A DNA stretch of 64,000 nucleotides from Macrostomum hystrix (lineage: Eukaryota; Animalia; Platyhelminthes). A program made the position numbers and the translations under genes. The stretch lies in contig CATNEN010000001.1 of assembly GCA_950097015.1 (NCBI GenBank), positions 27,466,001 to 27,530,000 of the forward strand, in the 5' to 3' direction. Within the stretch, counting starts at the first letter, position 1; the number at the start of each line of letters is the position of its first letter. Under the pieces are notes generated by a model that saw only the letters and a list, made by a program, of their open reading frames with translations, had not been told where the DNA came from and did not search any database. Below are positions 28,401 to 40,400 of the stretch, one piece after another.

Positions 28401-31400
28401 GTCCAAAAATGCTTGATGCATGAACGCTTGAACGCCTCCATGACTAGAGACGCTGTTCTAAACTTCCATTTTTACAACTGCATGAAAGTTCATTCCGACG
28501 CGGTATCACAGCATTTTGAGCTTCTTGCGAAGGTGTTGACTCCCTCTGACAATGATGTGCTGCTACTGGTGAAGGTGTTGCCTCCCTCTGACAATGATGT
28601 GCTGCTACTGGTGAAGGTGTTGACTCCCTCTGACAATGATGTGCTGCTACTGGTGAAGGTGTTGACTCCCTCTGACAATGATGTGCTGCTACTGGTGAAG
28701 GTGTTGACTCCCTCTGACAATGATGTGCTGCTACTGGTGAAGGTGTTAACTCCCTCTGACAATGATGTGCTGCTACTGGTGCATGTGCTTTGTTTAGAAT
28801 AGTTAAAAAACGAAACGGAACTTTGTTGATGTGTGAAATAATTATTTTCTTTTCCCGGGTATCAAAAGCATTAATATTAATACTGCAATTGGTTAAATTG
28901 GATGATTGATGTATGTCAGCTTTAAACTCAAAGTTCTCAAGACAAGACAATGAGACTCTCCTGGTCACGGATAAAGCGATATCCAGAGCACAAGATGCTG
29001 GGCCCCTGTTTAAGCGCCTTTTTACAGTCCTCAAGCTGGGCGCCAGTCTACAAGCAACTGCGACAGGAAACTGCGTTTCTTAGAAAATGCTTAGGGGGTG
29101 CAAATTTTGCCAACAAATACTCTGCGGAGATAAAATAATTTCACCTTTCACACTAAAATAGTTATGCATAACTTACATGTTATGCTGTTGCAAGAAATTT
29201 TACATAGCTAGTTTATTCCTTAAAATGTTATCTTTATACTATTACTAGCTTTTTTTGCCAGTTGTTTTTGGGGCAGAAATTTAAAGCAAAGCAGTAAGCA
29301 ATTCACGTCTCTGTATTAACTTTATAGTGAAGGTCACCATTTATTTATTTACTGCATTAATGAAAAGTGAAGAGTTTGTTGAAGGTCGTTTTAAGTAAAA
29401 AAGAAGTGAAAAGTTTGTCCAAACAGCCCCCTCTTGATTACTTCTTTAGAAACATGTCTCAGCCACTCCTCTATACAGTCAGTGGCAGATCCAGGAATTT
29501 TGTTTTGGGGCGGTCTGTCAGGGGAGCGCCATGAGAATCACAGAGGGGGTGCCAGCGGCCGAAAAAGGGCGCCAGGAGCCAAGAAAGGGCGCCAGCGGCT
29601 GAAAAACGGGAGCCAGCGGCTGAAAAAGGGGCGCCAGCGGCCGAAAAGGGGCGCCAGTGCTGCGACTGGCGCCCCTGGTGGGGGCATCTTATTCCCATGA
29701 TTAAAATTTAGGGGGGAGACTGCCCCCCCGCCCCCCCCCCTAAATCTGCCTCTGTATACAGTATGCATGTACACGCGTATACATAAGGAAAATAGCCATG
29801 GCATAACAATAACAATGTCAAAGAAACAAAATTAAACTGTTTCAGAGTTCAGAGTTAGACAGGTCAAGGTCAATTCGTGACTACTTTTCTATTAATTGCT
29901 TGCGAGTCACCTCAAGGCCTGGGGATACACCACATTCTTCGTTATTCCCCTTGGTGCAAAAATGAATAGGCCAGCTGGAGTTCCAACACGGGAGCAGGGG
30001 ACATAAAGCTGCCCATGCGAGAAGCAAGGAGTCTCCAGGTTGATGCCAGCCACCTTCAGCGACTGTCCCTGAGCCTTGTTAATAGTCATCGCAAAGCACA
30101 CTCTCACAGGGAACTGCAGTCGCTTGAACTGAAATGGCAGGTCCGTGGGGATAATTGGAATCCGGGGAACGAACACAGACTCTCCTCTGCCAGATCCAGT
30201 CATTATCGTGGCCTCAATCACGTGTGGGAAGAGCCGCCTGACTATCAGTCTGGTGCCGTTACACAGCCTTGGCGCATTCAGGTTGCGGAGGAGCATAATT
30301 GGTGCCCCAACTTTCAGCTGCAAGTTGTGCGATGGAGTTCCAGGAGGATCTAGAGAGTTCAGAAACTCAACAGGATACTCCACAGCGGTGTCATCAGTCA
30401 ACGTTGTATCAATTGACTTGTAGGTGAAAACTGCACCTGGCAACTCCTGAAGCAGTTGGTAGTTAATTTCGTTGGCGGCATCATTTCTAGGACACAGAAT
30501 TGCCCTCTCTGACAGCCCGGGCTTCGGCGCCCGGGGAAGGGAGGGGGTGGCTGTAATAAAATTTGGCCCGCAGAGTGGCGGAGGGGAGTTGGGGTGGCTG
30601 TCCTCGGAAAACAAAAAGTGACTCACTTTGAGATGATGCAGCTTTGCTCTGGATTGAGTAGAGATGTTCAAAATTGACAGCATTGTTGGAAAACATGTAA
30701 AGTGTAAGTGGATCAAATTTGGAGAAAATCTGACAAAGTGGGGCGACGATATGTCGAATTGAGTGATTTTTTGACGATTTTTGAGCAGTTTTTTGCACTT
30801 TTGAGCAGGAAGGAAATGATTTTTCGGGAATTTGAGTAGCCTATTGCACTCAGCGTAGGTGGTTTTAGGTATGTGCAAAGTTTGGTGCGATTTGGTTGAG
30901 CGGTTTCGGCGTCTATAAAGACAAAAGGTTGTACACACACACACACACACACAGACAGACAGAGTTTTCACTTTTATATATATAGATACTAGCTTTTTTG
31001 CCCGTTGTTTTAGGGGCAGAAATTTAAAGCAAAGCAGTAAGCAATTGTTGTGTCTCACGGCCCTACAGCCTTTGGGGAAGCTGCGACAGCCCAGGTCCCA
31101 GTCGGGTGCCACCCGTCCCGTCTCCCAGGGAATGGCAGAAAAGAGAGCGCAGGGTACTTACGGCAGACGACTGGCCCAGCGAGGCTTGAACTTGGATTGA
31201 ATTGAAGGCTGTTTTAATTAATGAGCAATGCAGGGTGAACAGGCGGAACGGTTGAGACTCGGGTCTCTTCGCAGAGTCAATATATATTTAATTAACAAGT
31301 CTTCGCCCGGGGCTTACGCAAGCGCCGGCCCACGGGTGAAATGTACATTTAACAATTAGGGGGTAGGCTGGGCGATCGATACATATGACTGGGGTGGGGC

Positions 31401-34400
31401 ACGCTAGCCGACTGGCGGGGCAGGGAATGAGAAAGATATGAAAATGATAGGGCAGAGGTGAGGGCTGCGTCACAACATCCTCCCCTCCTTAAAAAAACGG
31501 TGGGAAGTACGAAAACAAAGACTACGAGTATTAGAAGAAAAGAAAAACGGCATTACAAATGAAGAAAAAAAATGATAAGCGGATTAGCAATTGGGTAAGA
31601 ATGCAGTGGGCAGTGAACGAAAACAAGACGCTCAAACGGATGACAAAAAAAACATGTTGATGACGCAATCATGTAGGATTAACGGAAAGGAGAAATAACA
31701 CGAATCGCATGATATATGTAGATGACACATGAGCGCAAAATATTTTAGGGTTGAAACGTCAGTTAGTTTTTTTTTTAGAAAAATGATAATCGTGCTAGTA
31801 ATGTATTCACGATACTCGGCTAGCACAGTTCCTGCAGCTTCGTCACGTCGCGGTATCCAACCGGCTCGCTCCGACCTCGGTTCTGCCAAAGTCGCTCGCC
31901 TCACGCAGTCCTGGCTCGAAACACAGCAGTGTCCCAGCCGAGCTGAATGCCGAACTCGGGTCGCTCGCTGCCGGGCAGCCTGTCGACCCCGAGACCCGCT
32001 GACTCGCCTGCCAGCTCGCTGACTCGTGCGCGCCGACTCCCGTGGCTAGGCCAATGGTCGCTCTCGCATTTTGCCTTGGTTGCCGCCGAACTCGCTCGCA
32101 CTGCCGTTGACCGGTCATCAAGCGCTCTTCAGCTCACAGCGACTGCAGGTGACGCCTTCGTAGCATCTCCGTCGCTCCAGTTCGCTGACTTGACGCTGAC
32201 TGGTTGGTGGTGCTTTGCTGTGGCGCAGCGGTGTCTCCTGCCGTATCTTGCTGCTTCCGGGTCTTCCGCCTCTGGTGTCCTCCACCTGGCCCTCCACCAC
32301 CCCAATGGGAAACGGGCCGAGCGACACCCAACATGAAACCCAGGGAGTGCAGCTTCCCGGACAGGTACCCCTAACTGCTAAGACGAACTGGACGCAGAAC
32401 TGTAGCTAAATAGCGCACGCGTAATACAGTAAAAATGTGTCAGTTGCAACGCAAGTACATGTACTCGTAAATAAATACTAAAATGAAGGAAGTTTTTGTG
32501 ATTTTAGATGTTTTATTAGTCTTTTTTGCGTTTTGACAGTTTTAATGTATTTTTTTGTATTTTTTTCCTTATTGTTTTTAGTGTAATTTATTACAGTGCT
32601 AGTACAGCACAGGGTTGCCGTAGCGCACCGGTGGATTTCCCCTTCCAGGCCGGAGTCTGCGCGGTGACGGCGGAGCAGGAATCTCCTGCAGTGGCGGCGC
32701 TGCACCTTGAATGGGTTCGTTCTGCGGCACTGGTGCTTCGTGCCCCGGCGGCGGCGGCACATAGACGAAGTCAGACTCGGCGTCATCTGACTCGGACTCA
32801 TCCTGCTGAGGTGTCCCTCTAGCTACTTCACCCTGTACTTGGCGCGCCATCCGCCTTTGCCGTCTCTGTTTTGGAGCTTGCAGCTCAGGGGGCCGCTGTG
32901 GAATTTTTCTAAGATTGTTGTAATGGACTATTCTAGTTTTTCGACTGTTCTGGTGGCGAATTTTGAAATTGACATCTGAGATTTTCTCTATGACCTCAGC
33001 CGGGCCTTTCCAATATTTGTGGAACTTGGCAACTTCGCTGGGCTGCAGGGCCGGCGAGTATTCAAGCACAATATCCCCAACATCTATGGTCGGACCTCGA
33101 ACCCTGGAGTCGTAGTTGACTTTCTGCTTGCGCTGATATTGTTGCAGATTTTGCCTTACGTGCGAGTGCGCGTCTGCCAGCCTGTCACCCAGAGATAGCA
33201 GGTACTCAGGCGCATTAGCTGGCAGCGTTTCAGGCAAGTTCCCTATGTCGACCGGAAGGCGCATCTCTTTCGCATACAGCATGTAATATGGGGTATACCC
33301 CGTGCCACGATGGACGCTGCTGCGATAGGCCAGAAGCGAGGGGCCAATCAAGTCCTCCCAGTCCGCCTCAGCCTCGCTCTGCCTGCACTTAATCATGTTT
33401 TTTAGCGTTTTGTTAAAGCTTTCCGCCTGGCCATCGGCCATGGGGTGATAAGACGTAGTTCGGCACTTTTTCACTGCCATCAGCTGACACAGCTGCTTCA
33501 CGAGAAGTGATTCGAAGTTGGTGCCTTTGTCGGTTATCAGGAATTCTGGGCAGCCGAACTGGGCGATCCAGTTGTCAAAAATCGCCTTCGCCACGGTGCT
33601 CGCACGCTGATTCGAGAGCGCCACAGCGACCGGCCACTTCGTGAATGAGTCCTGAATGGTCAGCACAAACCTGGAGCCATTCTTCGATCGAGGCAACGGG
33701 CCCACAATGTCACTCATGATGCGCTGGAATGGAGCTTCCGATACTATCGGCTGCAGCGGCGCTCTGCCAGCTTTCCCCGGCTTGGCTCTGGCGCAATGCA
33801 CGCAGCTCCGGCAATACTCCTCGATCTTTCTCGAGAGCCCTGGCCACCAGAATCTACTCTTAACTTTCGCCTGAGTCTTCTTCACTCCAAGATGACCTCC
33901 AGCAACCCCGTCATGTAATTCACTGAAGACCCTCTGGAACAGACTCGGCGGCAAGACAATTTTTGGCTTCTCCGAGTCAGGTCCCTTGACGACCAAGACC
34001 TGCGCCTCCAGCCTGATCAGCTGGCGTTGAGACCATAGACATCTTTCCTCCCATGACATCACAGGCGGCGCAATCAGCTCAGAGTTACCATTGTGCACAA
34101 AACTGCGGATTACTTCCAGTTTGGACTCAGTTTCCTGGGCTGTTTGAATTTCCTCCCTGCCCAGTCCACTGCAAAGGACGGTATTAACGCCACGAGAGTC
34201 CGCCAGCGTACAGCTCGGACAGGTTTCGTGCCCGGAATGCTTCCTGTATTTGCGAGACAAAGAGTCCGCGTTGCCGTGGAGTTTCCCGGCTCGGTGTTCT
34301 ATGGTGAACTCGTAATTTTGCAGCATCTGCAGCCAGCGAGCACACTGGCCCTCTGTATCACGAAGATTCGTGAGCCACTGCAGCGCTTTGTGGTCAGACC

Positions 34401-37400
34401 TGATTATGAACTTTCTCCCAAGCAGGTAGTAACGGTATTTTTTTACAAAATGCACGATTGCTAGTAACTCTAGGCGAGTGGTGCAGTAGTTCTTTTCACT
34501 GGGCTGGATCATCCGTGACCCATAGGCGATGACCTTCTCAGATCCATCCGCCTGACGCTGTGACAGCACGGCGCCGATCCCGATCCTCGAGCTGGCATCC
34601 GTGTCAAGAATGAATTCGCCAGCGTCGGGCGAGAAATCTGGGAATGCCATCACTCTAGGTGAACACAGGGCAGCCTTCAAGTTGTTGAACGATTCTTCCT
34701 GATCTTGGCCCCATTTAAACTCTGCTCCGCTCGCGGTGAGCCGGTACAGCGGAGCGGCCATTTCGGAGAAATTTGGGATAAAGGCTTTGTAATACACGCA
34801 CAATCCCAAGAACGATTGGACCTTCGCAGCACTGCAAGGCCTTGGCCAGTTTTGAATCTCCGCACACTTCTCGGGGTTCGCGGCAATTCCATCCTTTGAG
34901 ATCACGTGACCTAGGAACTTGATCCGGTCGGCAAGGAAGACACATTTCGCGGGCTTTAGCCTAATGTTAGCTGCCCGGAGACACTGAAAAACGTGCAAGA
35001 GGCGCTCAAAGTGCTGCCGGACTGTTATAGAAAAGACGACAATATCGTCGAAATACACGAGGCACTCCTTCCAGTTCACCTCGGATAGCGCCATAGACAT
35101 GAGTCTCGTGAATGTCGACGGGGCGTTCCTGAGCCCGAAGCTCATGCAATTCCAGGCGAACTGTCCCCGATTCGGCACTACGAAGGCCGTCTTCAACTGG
35201 TCTTTTGGATCCAACGGGCACTGATGGTACCCGGAAGCCAGATCCATGGTGGAGAAGATGCAGTTTCCCCCCAAGGCATCCAGCGTCTCGTCCATCCTGG
35301 GCGGAGGTAGCGGATCCGGCACAGTCACGCTGTTCAGCCGCCTGTAATCCAAGCACATTCGGAGGCTGCCATCCGGTTTCTTGACCGGCACCACCGGGCT
35401 CGACCAGGGTGACTGGCACGGGAATATGCGGCCTTCGGCCAGAAGCTGATCCACCTGTTTGTTGACTTCCTCTCGCCAGTGGGGCGGTAGCCGACGCAGC
35501 GGCTCACTTACCGGCTTTGCGCTGCCCGTGTCAATCTCGTGGGACAAGAGGCCCGTCAGGCCAAGTTCAGAGCTGTCTTTGGCAAACACATCACGGTTTC
35601 TGGCGACAAGCTCCACGAACTCCCTCGACTCACCCTCAGTTAGGCCACACGACCCCCACTCCTTCACTTCGCTAAGGGGGTTCCACGAATCCTCCTCAGA
35701 CTGCACAGTGTTCAGCTGCAGCTCTGCCGGCTGCTGCGCTGAGATCGGCGAGAACCAACCGATGCGCGCCCCCTTTCTCATTGATAGGCTGGACTCGGAC
35801 ATGTTCATGATCCTGACTGACAGATGCCCGTCCTGACTCGGCATCTGCACGGACCGGGCCAGGAGGTGCTCACGCTCACCTTGCCGACAGGGCTCTACCA
35901 TTCCTGGAAACTGGAAACCTTTCGCTCCTTTTCTCTGCAGGCGAACCGGAATCAGCATCTCCTCTCCCATACTCATCCGGATATTCTGGCACAGTACAAT
36001 ACGACAAAGAAGCGGCCTCTCAGCGCACAGGCGAAAAGGATACACGCTGGTTTCTGTCTGCAGGCAGTGTTTGGCAAAATCAATAATCATGCAATGCTTT
36101 AGAAAAAAATCTGTTCCAAGAATGCAAGGCTGTGAAATTCCGTCGACAACCAGGAACTCGTGTGTGAAATTTGTCTCCCCAATTGAAAAATGAAATTGAA
36201 TGTTTCCCTGAATTTCGATCGGCTCACCATTAGCAGTAAAAATAGAAAAATCTAATGTACTGTTTTGCAATTGACCTTTAATATTTTCAGCTTCTAAGAA
36301 ACGATTGCTAAGCAAAGATACGTTGGACCCACTGTCCAGCAAGCAAGCTACCAGAGGCCCCGACTCGAACTTCGCGTCGATGTAGCCCAGCCCAGCTCTC
36401 CCAAGCACACTGTGGGTCTGGGTCGAGGGCCCTGGCGCTTTTCCAGTTACTGAAATCGGGGCCCGGGACGCTGGCCTAGCCGGGCCCCCATCCCGTTTCC
36501 CTGCTGCCGAGCAGCCTGTTGATTCGGGCAACTGGCGCGGGTGTGACCCGGCTGGCCACAGGCGTAGCATGCCACCCGATTCCTGCACTCCGCTGTCGAA
36601 TGTCCAGCCTGAAGGCACCTTCCACAGCTCTTGGCCGACTGAGGCGCTGCTGCTGACTGTGGCTGTGGGCTCGGCCTCCCAGCCTGCGCAGACGCACCTC
36701 CTTGCTTCAGCTGCGCGATTTCCGCCTTCAAGCTAGCGATCTCCGCTGCCATGCGGGCTGCCTGACTTTCAGCCGCCGCGGCAGCCTGGTTGTTCACCAC
36801 GTGAACTGACCGCTTTCCTTCCAGCAGCTTCATCGAAGCCAGAGTCTGGCGGACTCGCTGGATGGCGGCCTGTAGCGTGTCAGGGTCCTGCAGCAGCACG
36901 TTCTCAAGCACCCTGTCCGGCACCCGAATCCCCTTGAGGAAGCGGTCTTTCGCTAGCTCGTCCCTCTGCTCCACCGGCAGCGCCGGGTACGCCTTGCGCA
37001 TTAGCTCCTTCAGAGCGTCAGCGTAGTCCTCAAGAGCCTCCCCGTCTCTCTGATTCCTGCTCTGAAATTCCGTCTTATAGTCCTAAGCCGTTCGATTTTG
37101 ACTAAACCGAGCCTCCAGCTGTTCAACGAACTGGTCATAACCTAACTCCTCGTCCAACTCCATGTTGGCCACTGCCTTGAAGGCCGTGCCGAAGTCAAGG
37201 AGACTCAACAGAGTCTGTTTCCTCTGATCCTCGGGGATCTGGGTGGCCTCGCAGTACGCATTAAATTGCTGCAGCCAGAGCGCAAAATCTTGACTGGGAA
37301 CATATTTATTCGGACGAGGGATTCTCTGACCCACATGAAGCTGTTCCTGGATTCTCGCTGTCAACGCACCAATGAGATCGTCTAATCCGGCCATGACGCA

Positions 37401-40400
37401 CAGCACTCTCTCTCACTCTACAACCAGACGTCAAAAAAACTGAATCACCGGTGCGACAGCCCAGGTCCCAGTCGGGTGCCACCCGTCCCGTCTCCCAGGG
37501 AATGGCAGAAAAGAGAGCGCAGGGTACTTACGGCAGACGACTGGCCCAGCGAGGCTTGAACTTGGATTGAATTGAAGGCTGTTTTAATTAATGAGCAATG
37601 CAGGGTGAACAGGCGGAACGGTTGAGACTCGAGTCTCTTCGCAGAGTCAATATATATTTAATTAACAAGTCTTCGCCCGGGGCTTACGCAAGCGCCGGCC
37701 CACGGGTGAAATGTACATTTAACAATTAGGGGGTAGGCTGGGCGATCGATACATATGACTGGGGTGGGGCACGCTAGCCGACTGGCGGGGCAGGGAATGA
37801 GAAAGATATGAAAATGATAGGGCAGAGGTGAGGGCTGCGTCACAACACAATTCACGTCTCTGTATTAACTTTATAGTGAAGGTCACCATTTATTAATTTA
37901 CTGCATTAATGAAAAGTGAAGAGTTTGTTTAAGGCCGTTTTAAATAAAAATAAATGAAAAGTTTGTCCAAACAGCCCCCTCTTGATTACTTCTTTAGAAA
38001 CATGTCTCTTAGCCACTCCTCTATACAGTCAGTGGCAGATCCAGGAATTTTGTTTTGGGGCGGTCTGTCAGGGGAGCGCCATGAGAATCACAGAGGGGGT
38101 GCCAGCGGCCGAAAAAGGGCGCCAGGAGCCAAGAAAGGGCGCCAGCGGCTGAAAAAGGGGTGCCAGCGGCCGAAAAGGGGCGCCAGTGCTGCGACTGGTG
38201 CCCCTGGTGGGGGCATCTTATTCCCATGATTAAAATTTTGGGGGGCGACTGCGCCCCCCCGCCCCCCCCCTAAATCTGCCTCTGTATACAGTATGCATGT
38301 ACACGCGTATACATAAGGAAAATAGCCATGGCATAACAATAAGAATGTCAAAGAAACAAAATTAAACTGTTTCAGAGTTCAGAGTTAGACAGGTCAAGGT
38401 CAATTCGTGACTACTTTTCTATTAATTGCTTGCGAGTCACCTCAAGGCCTGGGGATACACCACATTCTTCGTTCTTCCCTTTGGTGCGAAAATGAATAGG
38501 CCAGCTGGAGTTCCAACACGGGAGCAGGCGACATAAAGCTGCCCATGCGAGAAGCAAGGAGTCTCCAGGTTGATGCCAGCCACCTTCAGCGACTGTCCCT
38601 GAGCCTTGTTAATAGTCATCGCAAAGCACACTCTCACAGGGAACTGCAGTCGCTTGAACTGAAATGGCAGGTCCGTGGGGATAATTGGAATCCGGGGAAC
38701 GAACACAGACTCTCCTCTGCCAGATCCAGTCATTATCGTGGCCTCAATCACGTGTGGGAAGAGCCGCCTGACTATCAGTATGGTGCCGTTACACAGCCTT
38801 GGCGCATTCAGGTTGCGGAGGAGCATAATTGGTGCCCCAACTTTCAGCTGCAAGTTGTGCGATGGAGTTCCAGGAGGATCTAGAGAGTTCAGAAACTCAA
38901 CAGGATACTCCACAGCGGTGTCATCAGTCAACGTTGTATCAATTGACTTGTAGGTGAAAACTGCACCTGGCAACTCCTGAAGCAGTTGGTAGTTAATTTC
39001 GTTGGCGGCATCATTTCTAGGACACAGAATTGCCCTCTCTGACAGCCAGTCAACGTCAGCATATCGAGAGAAATAGGCTGGCTGGAGAGAAATATCAACC
39101 GGAGAGCCCTGCGCACTGGGACGCCACCGCACTCACCGCAATTAGTCTCAGTGCTGCTTGGGGGCCAGAAGACAGTCTAGGGGTTTGGGCTGTGTACATT
39201 CACGGCTTGAAATACAATGTACAGTCTGGGGCTTCGGCGCCCGGGGAAGGGAGGGGGTGGCTGTAATAAAATTTGGCCCGCAGAGTGGCGGAGGGGAGTT
39301 GGGGTGGCTGTCCTCGGAAAACAAAAGTGACTCACTTTGAGATGATGCAGCTTTGCTCTGGATTGAGTAGAGATGTTCAAAATTGACAGCATTGTTGGAA
39401 AACATGTAAAGTGTAAGTGGATCAAATTTGGAGAAAATCTGACAAAGTGGGGCGACGATATGTCGAATTGAGTGATTTTTTTACGATTTTTGAGCAGTTT
39501 TTTGCCCTTTTGAGCAGGAAGGAAATGATTTTTCGGGAATTTGAGTAGCCTATTGCACTCAGCGTTGGTGGTTTTAGGTATGTGCAAAGTTTGGTGCGAT
39601 TTAGTTGAGCGGTTTCGGCGTCTATAAAGACAAAAGGTTGCACACACACACACACACACACAGACAGACAGACAGACAGAGTTTTCACTTTTATATATAT
39701 AGATTTACTAAGCCTATATATTAAAACATTGACAGGGTCTTGCCATACAATAATAAGCAATCATACAATCATAAGGCTAGGGTCTAAAGAGAAGCTTCAT
39801 CGGCGGAAATAGACGAACCTATAAATAAACTAATATCAATAGAGAAGATTTTGATCCGCCTCAATTCACTTGAATTTTGCATAAAAATAATTAAAATTTC
39901 TAATATACATTGTGTACTTTTAGGCCTTTTCAAAAAGTACCTTTTAGTGTACTTAAATAGGCGTAAAGCAGCCTCTTAGACCTTTTCTAAGAAATCTTGT
40001 CTTCCGTCCTTTAACTCCGAAGTGGTGCTTGTGACCACCTTCAAAACTAATGCTTTAGCCTACCCTTGCCACTTCATTCTGAGCTTCATTTGTCTGCTCA
40101 ATCAATCACCTGTTGCTTGTCCCGCCGCCTCGCTGTCACATTCGCTCCTCGCTCGCCGCCTTTGCCACCAGCAGCTTCATCCACAAGCACCGATCGATGC
40201 TTACCTCGACATCTGGCCCGCCATCTATTAGCCAGCTTTCCAAGACTCTTCATAGCACGAACATTGAAAATCACCTCAACGATTTTTGACACATACTCAC
40301 ACACACACACACACCATAAATATCCAATCTGCTTCTTATTACCAGTTTTCTTCTCAATCTTTGAATAAACAAACTAGCGTGGCATTCTCCTATAGCTACT

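Larger units (their letters stand above)
29245..30986 (-). mobile_element. Non-autonomous Helitron, copy 1
   Basis: 5' end A|TCTATATATATAAAAG followed by (CTGT)/(GT) microsatellite; 3' hairpin remnant then CTAG|T; contains a PIF1-like helicase C-terminal fragment. Confidence 0.88.
31046..37847 (-). mobile_element. Ty3/Gypsy LTR retrotransposon; 3' LTR 31046-31477, truncated 5' LTR 37452-37847
   Basis: TGTTGTG...CACAACA termini; 4-bp target duplication CAAT at 31042-31045 and 37848-37851, with the empty site visible in Helitron copy 1 near 29299; polypurine tract AAGGAGGGGAGGA at 31490-31478; domain order PR-RT-RH-IN. Confidence 0.96.
30989..39703 (-). mobile_element. Non-autonomous Helitron, copy 2, interrupted by the Gypsy element
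   Basis: 5' A|TC at 39703; 3' hairpin TGCCC-n10-GGGCA then CTAG|T at 30992-30989; near-identical to copy 1 once the LTR element is removed. Confidence 0.88.

Noticed and set aside
29907-31112. 401-aa cellular PIF1 helicase gene
   Set aside because: The N-terminal half reads through LTR and Helitron terminal sequence, including a microsatellite. Only the C-terminal helicase motifs are real.
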